Source of the DNA: Catajapyx aquilonaris
Lineage: Eukaryota
Length of the DNA stretch: 48,695 nucleotides
Assembly: GCA_000934665.2 (NCBI GenBank)
Contig: JYFJ02002928.1
Coordinates: 1-48,695 of the forward strand
Direction: 5' to 3'
Made by a program: the position numbers and the translations under genes. How positions within the stretch are numbered: position 1 is the first letter of the stretch; each line of letters begins with the position of its first letter. Below, piece after piece: positions 10,705 to 22,873 of the stretch. Under the pieces are notes generated by a model. That model ran no database searches. It saw only the letters and a list, made by a program, of their open reading frames with translations, and was not told where the DNA came from.

Positions 10705-13163
10705 ACGAGACGAGTTTCGCTTTGTGTCCAAAAGGGACAAAAGAGGATGTGCGTCGACAAATCCAAGGAACGGGAATCCTTCTCTTCCGGAGAGAGGGAG
10801 AGGAAGAGAGACATGGGAAGGAACTGAAAATGGGGCTAGGAAAGGAGGGACCCAAGGAACACAAAAATCGAATTTGATTTCATTTGTGACAGTATTAGTC
10901 CTTGAGTAGCATAGGAGATATTGGGCCTTGAACGTGTCCCCAGCCTATGTGACAATGGTGGCAAATCAGTTATTATTCTTGGCTCCTTCCAGTTTTAGGT
11001 GATTCAGTACATTGCACAGTCATGAGTAAAGTACCTAGACACTGTTGGCTACATACAGTTACTTGCAGAATTCCTTGGCTTTCCCGAATCAGATATTTTC
11101 AATATGAGAAATGTCAAAGCTACAGTATTGGGTGTAGAGATGATATTTTGGTGTAAAGAATGGCAATTACATTACAGGCCAATATTTATTGATTTATCTA
11201 ATTTGTCACTAGAAATATCAGGCATAATATCAATGTGACGTTATGGGATACGTAAAACAGCAAATATTTCCCCTTTATCTCCCTCAGTGTTTGGAGCAGG
11301 AAAAATATGGTAAGCATGTCTGTCATTGGTAATGGTTTGGACAAGGGGGTAATCACTTCGGTACTCAATTATCCTCCTAACGTCCATTGCGTGATAGATA
11401 GTAAATTCAGAACAATTTGTTGGTCCTTGTTATTCATTGCTGGTAACAAGATTCGAAACAATTTATTAATGACAAGGATCAGCCAATTTTTAATATGCTT
11501 TTACTATCCCTAACGCAAATCACTATAAATAGGGAGATAAGCAGATAATAAATTATCATTTAATTATAATTTGCTTACACCATTCAGTTCTTCTCATCCT
11601 TGTTTTTCTGGCTCTTCCCAATATTATTGGGTTTTATGTGATTCCAGTAATTTATATTTTGAGGAACTCTAAAAACTTATTATTGTCATTTGTTCTACCA
11701 GCGATAGTCATGATCACACACTTTCTTTGACTTGAGCATGCTTCAGTCATATTTGGGGAATACCTGGAAAACCACGCCTGGCATATAGTCACCCGACCCA
11801 GCTGAGTGATTTTGTTTCAGCATATTTGATGTGCTTTTAATTATAATAATGACAAGTATTAAGACAAACAAGATCTTATTCGCATCTGTGGGCTCGTGAA
11901 TTGTATCTAAATATGCTAGGAGACATTGCTAAACATGTGTTATATAATTTTTCAATGTAAGCTTACACAAAAGGTGGACAAAGGCCACCTTGTGTTACAG
12001 AACACAACTGCTCCATGGGTGCAATTTTGTCGAAAAAATTACGCTTTTACAATGCCACTCTGGCCACCACATGCTCATATTTTACTTGCTGACATTATGC
12101 GATGATAATTATTCGTGCTTCTGAGCCAGTGCAATTTAGTGTTAGCACATACACCATATTATTTGCCACGTTTAAATTAGTGGGGACAATTCAGTAATTA
12201 GGTTTTTGAAAGCGATTTTCACGCTAGGCCTATACATTTCATACCTATGCTATGGGGTAGATTACCAGCAACTAAAAGCTCACATGTCCTCACGCTCTTT
12301 TGATGGTCTATAGCTATAATTCGGCCTAACTGCCGAACAATGGCACGCGCCTGTGATGCTCTGCTTCGTTTTAATCCAAAGGTTGGTTTTTTCCAAAAAA
12401 AAGAGAAAAAATTCGAAAAAAGTATTCCAACCCACGATCCGTGAAGGGATCAAAGCCGTCCACAGATATTAAAAACCCGACGCGGCCTGTTATTACGCGG
12501 CGTAGCTCGAGATCAAAGATCAGTAAGATTACATTTGCGCAATGGAAACTACTCTTTATTTAGATTGGACTGAAACCGACATCCGGAGTGAAAATTTGGT
12601 CGAACATACAGTACCATCAGGGGATATCAATAAGAGCTTTTTATTTTTAAACAAATTGAATGAAAGTGCTATACAGCTGTGATACATGGAAGGAAGTAGC
12701 CAATGCAGATATGCGGTACCTATACTGTATACAGTATTATCAACAGCGCTTACACAGTAGATTTGCATTAGAGACTAGATACATACTAGTGACGTAATAG
12801 AGGGACACTATGGCCAATCCACAGTCAGGCCGGATGTCATGTTATTGAGCATCTTCACTTGGTATCTACGGAATTTCTGTTTCACAGAAGTGGAGGCAAA
12901 TCTTATATGTAACCTAATCTTTCATTCAGTATTGAATAATGAAGATAAAAGCATTGCCAAGCTTTCAAATGAAAGCATCCGGAAGTGCACTGTATATGGA
13001 TATGGTCCAGATCGGATAGGTTTTGCAAAACCCCTCGTGAAATGTCATGAACCTGCTCATAATATTCCACCCTTGCACAGCCGGGAGGTCCCAATACTCC
13101 ATCCGCTTCTCCTTCTATTCAGTCCGACCTTTCACTCAGTGACCACCGCCGAGTCTTCTGATA

Positions 13164-13188
13164 AATCAATCAATCAATCAATCAATCA
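13164..13188. repeat. (AATC)n microsatellite
   Basis: Six AATC units. Confidence 0.9.
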
Positions 13189-13221
13189 TTTCGCTGGATA
13201 TTAAATTTATTTTCTTAATAA

Positions 13222-13684
13222 ATCCATCCAGCATCCATCCGGGTAGTGCTTGGACCCCTTGGGGTATTGCACGGACCTTTATTTATTAACTTGTACTATC
13301 AGTCCAACAAGAATTATTGTCGCAGCGGCAGCGCACGAACTACAATCTACGAGCACAGGGACACGAGAGACTGTAGTTCGTGCGGTGCCGCTGCGACAAT
13401 TCTTGTTGGACACCAGGTACAACGTACACAATTGGAACCTTTGACGAAGCGCCCGGGCCCACGGGCAGGATGACAGGAGGGGATGTGCAAAGTGCAGTGC
13501 AATGTCGTGGGTGAGGTCATTTTGTGAACTCCCCCGGGTGGTTAGTCTAAGGGGTCCCACCCGAGACGAAGACAGAGATGGCCCAAACTCTGCACGAGAT
13601 GAAGGGGGTGTCCCCGGGCTGGGATCGAACCCGGGACCTTAACATCTGTTGGCGCATACGTTACCGCAGCACCACTCCAGGAGC
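13222..13684 (-). mobile_element. tRNA-derived SINE family 1, full length, with nested MITE
   Basis: A box TGGTGCTGCGG, B box GGTTCGATCCC; 16-bp TSD TTTATTYTCTTAATAA (13206-13221 / 13685-13700); GGAT-type tail; homologous to 19707-20064. Confidence 0.92.
13296..13417. mobile_element. Hairpin MITE inserted in SINE 3' region
   Basis: GTCCAACAAGAAT(TAT)TGTCGCAGCGGCA... mirrored at 13411; TA on both flanks; termini resemble those of 29340-29479. Confidence 0.82.
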
Positions 13685-14307
13685 TTTATTCTCTTAATAA
13701 GCTTCACACATGGCTCATTTTAGAGCACCTTTCGCCATTAATTAACTTCTTGTAATTTTAATGACGTCATTACACCTTGGTTATCACATATGACACCATA
13801 CAAATTTCATTACAACTTGTGACGCACATGGACTGTGTCCTAATGATAATCCTACAAAGTATCATAGAAGCCACCTACACAGAGCTCTTTCCATATTCTC
13901 ATTCGTTTTCTCGAGATTCTTCCGTTTCCCATGCACACTCCTCAAATCCCCAACATAACGGTTATGGCCTATTCCTCTATCCAATTCTTTCTGGTCTTCG
14001 GTTAGTTCATTCGGATAGTCCAAGACACCAACCAACCAACCAAAGGACAACAAGGCACAAGATTAGTGAAGCATACATGGATTGACTTATCTTGTCCATC
14101 TTGAGCAGTACTCTTTGGTTGGGATTCAGGACTGGTAATGACCCGCACGTGTGGATGGGTCATAGTCCTAAAGGCTGCGTGGTAGGTTCTGTATGGCGGG
14201 AAGCGCAACTTCCTCTAGCTCTGGGCGCGGCAAATGGAGCTCGGAAAAGGAGAGACCGCCAAGCGAAAGACCATCGTCGGCCGACAGGAAGGGCGTCAAT
14301 CGATAAC

Positions 14308-14309
<2 letters not shown>

Positions 14310-14362
<53 letters not shown>
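14310..14362. repeat. (AG)n microsatellite
   Basis: About 26 AG units. Confidence 0.98.
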
Positions 14363-14365
<3 letters not shown>

Positions 14366-15045
14366 CAGGGGCCGGAGACGAGCCTGAATCTCGGTTTCCA
14401 TGAAGCTGGCGCCATCCGCAAAATGGCTAATGGACTCTCCAGGGTATGTGCGAAACATCCCCCCGCCCTACCATCCTCCGTCCTTCACTACCTGGTAACC
14501 ATGTCCAGACTGCTTGCTTCTGGACCAAAGTGCAAGTCTAGTGTCGCGGGAATGGACCACGACATACAAGTAGATATACTGTATTTTTAAAGGGAAGTCA
14601 GGTGTCGCCAGATCCATGATCCATGATGAACATTACCAAAGAATTTTCAGTTTTCGGCATCTCTTTCTCTCACCCGGCGCACAATAAGAGCTTTCGGACC
14701 GGACTTGGCCGGGAGTTTTCGGGAACTTTCCTTTATGCGACTCGTTAAAAAATTTAGGACTTGCTAAAGTTCAGGATTTCCAGAACTTCAACTAACGATT
14801 GGAAAACGATAAAGCTTTTTGATCAGAAATGCTGCTACAATATGGGTATGAACATTGCTTAGGAATTTAAACTTTCTTATCCAGTATTTTTGCCAGTAAA
14901 TTATGCATTACGCCCTATAAGAGGCCTTTTCAAACAATCGTAGAATTAATAAGTTATGGCAACGTAAGATCTCGATTCTTATATTGGCGTTCAGCGAATT
15001 AGAATCACAGGCAAGTAAATATACTGATATTTACTTCCAGACTCA

Positions 15046-15172
15046 GGGCCGGTTTCACCGAGCTTGGTATATGATAAAACCAGGTTTCTTTAGGAAAATC
15101 CCATACAAATAGATAGGGATTTTGAGAAAGAACCCTGGTTTTATCATAAACTGAGCTCGGTGAAACCGGCCC
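15046..15172. mobile_element. PIF/Harbinger-like (Tourist-type) hairpin MITE
   Basis: TIR GGGCCGGTTTCACCGAGCT / AGCTCGGTGAAACCGGCCC, whole element near-palindromic, 3-bp TSD TCA on both sides. Confidence 0.88.
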
Positions 15173-18100
15173 TCAAGCTGCACATAATTATACCGGTAGT
15201 ACCTACAATAATGTCACAATCTTTCAGGTATAGCTACACAATCACCTCTGATATTCATGCACCTCAATCTCTCTATACTGTCTATAGCCATGACCTGTCC
15301 CTGAGTGACTTCGATTCGTTTCCCTCGAATCAAAAAAGCAGCTGTATATTCCTAGTTTTACAGAGACAACAATTATTTATCATTCATACAGAGGTTTAAA
15401 AGGCAACTTATATCCCCCATTCCCTCCACAGGCTGCAGGGAGAGGGGAAGGGCAGGGATGGAAAAGTTGGTGCCAAAGTAATATAGGACAAGCATCTAAA
15501 AATCGAATGTGACATTGTTGCTATGCAGAATAAGGATGGGGCAGCAATTAAATATGCATCTCATAATAATTATTCGCGGCAAATAATTTCCCATTGGGCA
15601 GAACAGGGGGTCGTTATTCATTGAACATCTCCCGCGCATGTCACATAGAGGTCAGATGGTTACGCTATTAAAAAGCACAGCAATATGCTTTCATTTTTAT
15701 TTTTATTTTATAAAAATCGCCAAAATATGCCATACAATGGTATACAGGGTGTTTCAAATGAAATATCCGTAAAGGTAGCCATTTTTGGCTGTCCAGCGCT
15801 CATTTCATGTTGTTACTTTTGCATATTTAATGATTCGATTATAAAAAGTGAGGGGCTGAGAATCAAAAACAATCTCACTACTGCTTAAATATAAGCATCT
15901 TAGTAGGCTACCAATAAATCGCTAAACACCAAGGACTTTTGAATCGAAACACCTTATAATTATATGCATGCTACATGGTCTCTGTAAAAACACAGAAATC
16001 TGCTGTAGATATTAATGTACGGATTTGATTATAAATGTATGATTTCAAAATGTAATTTACCCTCTATTTTAAGTGACTGTGCTTGACCTCCTGTTAATAA
16101 AAATGTAGAAGATTCTTATCTTCTCTCTTTCGTAGAATCAGTCTACAGCATTTTTCAGCAGCGAAAAAACCTCTTCGGCATCACACATCAGATTAAATTC
16201 GTAGATTACATGTGTGAAGCGACATGTGCAAGTGGTAATTTTTAATCGCATCTTAATAGTGAGCATGGAGCCACTGCAACACCTTTCACCTTCTTTTCCA
16301 ATGAAAATACAGTTCGAACCATACCGGGGGATAAAGAAAATTTGGGAGTAAAATTCTCGCTAACTAACAACAGCAGAACCGAATTTTTTCTGTGTAAGTG
16401 TAACTGACCTAGCTGCTAGCTCTCTTATACATGATCGTGTTACTTTCCCCATATTATTCATATAGTATTTTTAAAAGTCATTTGCCTGCGGGCGTGAAAT
16501 TTTAAGTCATGTCGTAACAAACATCCAAAAATGCGGAAAAAAGAGGTGCTCCTGACCAATGAAGCAGATTTTTATGTTTAGCTGTAGGTTTTCGGCAAAT
16601 AATAATTTTGTCAAAATTTGACTGATTTGTACTAGTGGTTGGGAGAAGCCTAACTTTCACGGTTTTTATTGTGCCTAGAGAGAATGGTCAACCGCAAACG
16701 CTACCCTTCTTTTGCGTAGGGGGGGTGGCATGGAGTGTCTCCTCTTTTGGCCAGAGTTGGAACTCGAAGAAGGTACCAAAATTTTCTTTATTTCCCCCTT
16801 AAGTATCGCAGAGATGGAAGTCACTAGGTGCAAGGCTGATGATCGCCCAGTCGAAATATTACGGGGAGGAAGCGAATGCATTTATCTCCTTCACGAAATC
16901 ATCCAGCTGATCATATGGCCGGTACAATGCCAAAGAATCATTGCCAAATTCTGCTGTAAGGTTGTGAAACACCTCTCCTCTAAAGTCCTGACCTAGCACC
17001 TCACAACTTCCACCTATTTGAGCATCCAAAGAAAACTCTGACTGGGAGATGTTGGAATAGATGGTGAAAGACGCTGGGGGTGGCTTCATGCACATGAACG
17101 GCCTCCCAAGAGATCCCCTTTGCCCTTCGCATTGAAATAGTGCCTTCCGTTGGGGTAAATGCATCGCGTGGCCCGTAGAATACCATGAAAAATATGTAGT
17201 ACGGTAATTACGACCATTTGCATTTGGAAATCTCATACAATATGGGGAACATTTAGATAATTTTCAAAAAATTAATTAACAATACATTAACATTCCATGA
17301 TGCGTACGAGTATTTACAGGCATATCAGAATTAGTCATGTGCAAATGGTTTTGCCCTTTTTTATTTCGAGGGGGAAAAAGTGGTTTTTTGGATTCAAAAT
17401 ATCTTCGAGTCAGGTAGATTGAAATACGTACTATCAAATCATGTCGTCTTAAAAGTGCGTGCATAAAATTAATTTTACAAATAACATAATATATTAGTGT
17501 TCCAGAGATCTGTAACTGGTTTCTTGATTTTACCATTGCTATTATTTTGAAAAATAATATCCGACTACACTTTGACTTCATATCAAAACGAATTAAAGCG
17601 CATGCTCACCAGTAGCAGTTTTTAAGTCAAATGTGCCATGAATTTCCAGACACACTTGTCCCGTAACATTTCAGACACTTGTGAAAAATTAATATTTCCA
17701 ATAATAATTCGTCCAAGAGCAGTGTTATGTCAAGCAGAGCCTTGGACAGCGTATATCGGGTTTTGCATGAAAAGAGGATAATTAATTTTACTGAAGCTAC
17801 TAATTGCATCTCTGAGCAGCAGCACCCTGATTACGTGAAACAAAAGCCACGTTAGGCAACAGTAATTAGGAAAGTGGCAAATGTGAGAGACGTGGTCCAT
17901 TTCATTGTTCATACAGTATGTAGTACAGCAAGAGAGACTTTGTCGTCACGTGGAACTTGTTGAAAGCATGAGGCTCACACTGCGTCAGGTGCTAAAGAGG
18001 AAATGTATTATTCAGGTTCTCCACCGAATCCCCACTTTTACGTCACGTATATATATACGGATTTTAGGGGTGAGGGGAATGTCTCGGGTGGGGAACAGGG

Positions 18101-18237
18101 ATGGACGAGGAGAATACTCTGCCAATGTTCAATCTACGGAGTACGCAGGAGTCGGTTTCGCCTCGGATTTTAGATTTTTAGTCTAGTCATCAAAGAAATG
18201 CCACATTAGTCTATTCAACTACTTAGTGTTAGTGTCA

Positions 18238-18594
18238 CAGGGGGGATGGTGGTCTAGTGGCTATGCTACTGCCCAGACAAGCGGGAGGTCCGGGGTTCAA
18301 ATCCCGTCCCCGTCACCTCCGCGTGGTCGGGTCTTTTTCTGCTTTTCACCCGACATGTCCGGGCAGACTCGCACTCCCTACTCTGCCCAGGGCCAGGAGA
18401 AAAGGTCTGGTGCTCTGAGGGTCTGTAGTGACTAGAAACTATTTAAGAGCGCCCTCTGTTGGGAACCTCCCCTTCCCCACACGCCCGTGGACCAGGGCGT
18501 TGCGACGAAAACATAAGTATGTATGTGAAAATTGCAAAATAAATAAAGGTTCGTGAATACCAAGAAGGTCAGCACTACCCAATATTATTATTAC
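18238..18594 (+). mobile_element. tRNA-derived SINE family 2 (different head, shares 3' module with family 1)
   Basis: A box TGGTCTAGTGG, B box GGTTCAAATCC; 3' part GCCCGTGGACCAGGGCG...AATAAAGGT...GCACTACCC plus (ATT)n tail; TSD TTAGTGTCA (18229-18237 / 18595-18603). Confidence 0.85.
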
Positions 18595-18874
18595 TTAGTG
18601 TCAAAGAACTTTCTAAACGTCTGGTAACAACAACCACCATCCCCACCAATATTATTGTCCTCATCATAGAGGACAGCGCACCGACCTGGAAAGGGCCTTT
18701 GCTGCGGGATCGTTTATTTCATTTTTCAAAAAGACATGAGACTCTTCGGCACAACCCAAATCCTGATCCAGTGACGAGGAAGCGACTGGTATGTGAGAAG
18801 AAGGTGCAAGTGGCATACCTCACATGAGCTCCCTTTGGTGATTAGTCAACCGAACATCCCACTTGATATTATAA

Positions 18875-19100
18875 TTGATTGGGTATTCGGCTAACCCCAG
18901 AGGGGTCTTCTGCCAGACCTTTATTATTGCGATGGTATACAATTTGGGGAATCCTATTTTTGAAGCGCCCGGGCCCACGGGCAGGATGACAGGAGGGGAT
19001 GTGCAAAGTGCAGTGCATCTGACGCGGTGGACATTTTTAGTGAACTCCCCCGGGTGGTTTAGTCTGTAGGAAATACCACCCGAGACGAAGCCAGAGGTGA
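18875..19100 (-). mobile_element. SINE family 1, 5'-truncated
   Basis: Body and tail homologous to 19707-20064; flanked by a 17-bp direct repeat CCCACTTGATATTATAA (18858-18874 / 19101-19117). Confidence 0.88.
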
Positions 19101-19706
19101 CCCACTTGATATTATAAAGCCAGAGAAACCTCAACTCTTCACGAATAGAAGGCATCGAACCTGACACAGCAGGGCTACGTCAAATGTCACTATCGTGCCT
19201 CTTCGCCAACTATACTACGATTATACGTATTACCAACTAGAGACAAAACACTTGATAATTTTGTTAAACAATGTTATCAGTAGGTGTTTGTGCTAACCAA
19301 AGCCTGCTTCAGTGGCAAGATAATATACGTCGTATTATGACTAATCAACTTCGGGACTGTAACTCTTGATTGTCATTGAAATTTTCGCAGTGTTTCAACG
19401 GCATGACCAAATTGAATAGAAGCTTTACGAACTTCCAACCCGTTACGGCCATATTTGGGAACATATTTTCACCCAGAACACCAGCGTCAACCCCACCCTG
19501 TGGCGGGATAATCTCTCCAAAAATCGCACGTACTCACTGACAGAGAAATCCAGGTAAAATAATGCAGAAGGAAAGCAAATGCACTTTCTTTTCTACCAGT
19601 AGGGAAAATCACAGAGTATTATTTTGCTTGTTATTAGTCACCTTTTTCTTTCTGCATTAAAGTGCAATGAGTCACATTTATAGACTATATCATTAAATGA
19701 CAGGCA

Positions 19707-20064
19707 GGGAAGCGGAGTGGCGCTGCGGTAACGTATGCGCCCACGGATGTTAAGGTCCCTGGTTCGATCCCAGCCCGAGGACACACCCTTCATATCTTTG
19801 CAGAGTTGGGTCGTCTCTGGCTTCGTCTCGGGTGGTATTTCCGCTAGACATATCCACCCGGGGGAGTTCACAAATTATGTACCATCTTGGAAACTTTGCA
19901 CTGCACATTGCACATCCCCTCCTGTCATCCTGCCCGTGGGCCCGGGCGATTCAAATGAATAGGCACCAAAATGTAACACCGATCAATAAAAAAATAAATA
20001 AATGTCAAAGTGCTTGTACCCAAGGGGTCAGAAGCACTACCCACAATTATTTTTATTATAATAT
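19707..20064 (+). mobile_element. tRNA-derived SINE family 1, full length (~358 bp)
   Basis: A box TGGCGCTGCGG, B box GGTTCGATCCC, AATAAA and AT-rich tail; perfect 15-bp TSD ATTAAATGACAGGCA (19692-19706 / 20065-20079). Confidence 0.95.
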
Positions 20065-20753
20065 ATTAAATGACAGGCAATATGCAGTATATAAACTTAC
20101 ATAGTGTTGCAAAAGAGAAGTGCACTTCTTTCAGAACAAAACTTTTTATTATCTGCCATGATTTTGGCAACTTTTACTCAATCGCACAGATAATAATCAC
20201 ATCTAAATTTAACAGCAACAACAGGTAGTTGACATTATCTCTGCTATGAAGCCAAAATTGCCAATATAAACTAGACCAATCATTTTGGAAAATTGCAAAT
20301 AACCTTATATAGGAGAGGAAGTGTGCACCTTTTAGAACATCTACAGCCACAGCAAATTGTCACAAAATTCCTGACAGGCTATATTGAAAACTTTGATAGC
20401 TTGAAAAACATTTAAAATATCTGAGTATGCAAGAGGGACTTTCCAAAAACCATCCGTTATAAGTTGTTTACATTTTCTTAGTCAAGTCATGACGAGTTGC
20501 CTAATTTCATTGTGCCTCCGTATGGAAACCATAAGTTTACATTGCAGGGAACCAAGTCAGTGGCTAGAACTTACGGAAACTTTTGAAAGTATTATCTTAG
20601 CTTACTGCGCTCCTTTATCTGGTGAACTTTACACTTCAAAGCCTTCTTGTGAAAAGCTGCTTGAATTTTGGCACACTTTAGCATTAATTTCAGAGGCATT
20701 ATGGATTATTATTTTGTTGCATGAATGATTGTGCAATTTTAAAATTCAGTGTA

Positions 20754-21701
20754 AGGTCCGTGATGATAATATGGCCAGCATAGAAGGTAATATGGCCAAT
20801 GGACTGTATCTCGGTTAGTTACAGAGGAATCCGGGAGATAGTGCCTGCATGGTGTCCAGGCAGGTCGGTAGAGGGGTGATGCCGAATATCATTACTTGGC
20901 GCCGCGCAGTTCGGCGCCGGCCCGCCATATTGCCGAGAGAATCGTGTCGAGCAAAGTGAGTTCTTAATATATTTCTGCATGTAAGTTGGCCACTGTTTTC
21001 AGGTCCCATTGGGGTGCAGTTGCAATTGTGTGATTGTTTCATATGCACATTTAAAAATTTTTTAATGCTTATTCCAGTACACTCATTGTGATTTGAGTTA
21101 CTCCAACTATGACGCCTTAATTTAGGATTTTCTGTAAAATCGTCTGGGTTGAAATTATGGCCATGGTGGCCATATTAGAAAGAAACAAAAGAAACCTATG
21201 AAGAAGAAGCCTACGCAGAAGAAGAATGTAAGGACACAAGGGGGAAAAAAAGTTGCAGTGATTTTTGAGTCTTCCATTCTCAGCTTTTCCTTACTTCCTT
21301 CGATTCTTATTGCAGTGGCATTTATTTGATAAGTACTTATGCAATTACATTTTTTTCCTTAGTTGCTATTACCTAACTTAATCTTCATGTAGGGAGTTAC
21401 AACAAAAAAACCACAGAATTTTATTTTGCTAAATATTTATGAACATTTTTTTAGGCGAGCGAAAGTTTGTTGGCCTTAATTATTAACATCACATGTTTTT
21501 AATATGGCCAAATAATAGACTTTTGGGTGAAAATATTTTTCCCTCTGTTCTCTTTCAGCTATAAGTTACGTCAGATTTTTTTCCTCCACTAGCAGGGTTC
21601 CAATGTACAGGATACCGTACTTGGTTTTTTAAAATTTACCAATACAGCTTCTGGAAAATTCGCGAAAGCTTAGCTATAGGCCATATTACCATCAGGTATC
21701 T
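20754..21701. mobile_element. Old TA-flanked TIR DNA transposon relic (pogo/Tc1-mariner-like)
   Basis: TA|AGGTCCGTGATGATAATATGGCC ... GGCCATATTACCATCAGGTATCT|TA; AATATGGCC motif recurs internally in both orientations. Confidence 0.5.
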
Positions 21702-21980
21702 TATTTAAAAATGACTACCGATGTTTAAATAATGAGATAATTAATATTAACCTAGTTTTATATTGGAAGACCTGAAATGTCTATTATTCTCTATATTCTG
21801 TAGGCTCTTATCTCTTTATCTCTTAGTATTATAATTCACCTACTACCGTATCCTGTTTGTTTGTTTCCCTCCCCGACCTGCCTGACCTGCCTGATGTTCG
21901 TGCCCTGCCATCTAGCGAGAGGTTTCCATAGTAGTAACTATTCACCTAATCCCGCATCAACTGGGACAACTCCTCTGATA

Positions 21981-22230
21981 CAGTAGGGGACACCGCCACC
22001 ACGGATTTGGCGCTGGCGGCTCTCCAGTGTCATCTAGGTCAAAGTCGGATTCGGACGGTTGGCGGACTTTGTCTGCGAATGCGCACCGGACTGCTCCGGA
22101 CCCAGCTGCAGAGGAAAGGACGGTTTGGGTTGGTTGATAAGGCGTCCCCCTGAATCTGACTTTGACCTAGATGACTATGGAGCGCCGACAGTGCCAAATC
22201 CGAGGTGGCGGGGACTCTCAAAGTCCCCTG
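21981..22230. mobile_element. Hairpin MITE
   Basis: ~60-bp arms CCGCCACCACGGATTTGGC...GTCATCTAGGTCAAAGTCGGATTC mirrored at 22152-22211; outer AGGGGAC/GTCCCCT; left end TA|CAGT, right end degenerate. Confidence 0.8.
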
Positions 22231-22672
22231 TCGTCATCATAAGGCTATGGCAACTGACGGATTATTTCGGTTTATTTATGGACCGAATTACGTGACTGCC
22301 ATATACGGGGCATTGTCACTATTCTTCTCAGAGCAGCGGTGTCGAATTATGCGGAAAATACACTTAAATCGAAATTATCCGTCAGTTGACGCACTTTCGG
22401 TTATCACACCCTTGAGTTTAATTAAGTGGTGTTCACCACACCCACCCTTCGTCCTAAGGGATGGAATTTCGTGTGCTGAGGACTAATACCTTTCTCTGGG
22501 TCCATCGCACATTTTCTCAAGTGGCGCTTGCTTCTAACATCATTTGCCATTTAAAAAAAGATAAGATGAACAGTGACTTTCAGTCCAGTACCCTTTCTCT
22601 TCATGTTAGCCTCGGGTTGGCTATATCTATCACCCAACGAAGGTGCACACACAAGCCTTGTACCATATCATA

Positions 22673-22775
22673 CAGGGTAACTCTCTCTGTAAAGACTTGC
22701 AGGGGTAATAGAGGGGACCAAGACAAGAATTTTTCACATAGGAACCCTGTCCGGAAACGCCATCTAGAGGGGGTT
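22673..22775 (+). mobile_element. Orphan Tc1/mariner-like left end
   Basis: TA|CAGGGT start followed by TAGAGGGGACC...TAGGAACCCTGTCCGGAAACGC; a similar stretch occurs at ~29488-29585. Confidence 0.5.
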
Positions 22776-22873
22776 CATACACAATGAACGGGTGCGCTCA
22801 GAGCCTCAGACGCGTCACGCGGGAGGCGTTAGGCGAGCGGACTGTTTGTTGATAGATGGCGCGCGGATAGCAA

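Noticed and set aside
10465..10909. Cluster of 85-145 aa ORFs with ER/SL/HT repeats (also 14092-14590)
   Set aside because: Frames stay open only because of (CA)n/(GA)n microsatellites.
13862..14053. Possible RTE-LINE C-terminal remnant on minus strand
   Set aside because: Only a vague RRPxRxW resemblance needing several frameshifts.
19712..19780. tRNA genes at SINE heads
   Set aside because: A/B boxes are present but there is no full cloverleaf; they continue into a shared body, tail and TSD.
21819..21960. Third Helitron-like 5' end (TC...TATTATAA...(GTTT)n)
   Set aside because: No 3' hairpin plus CTRR end located.
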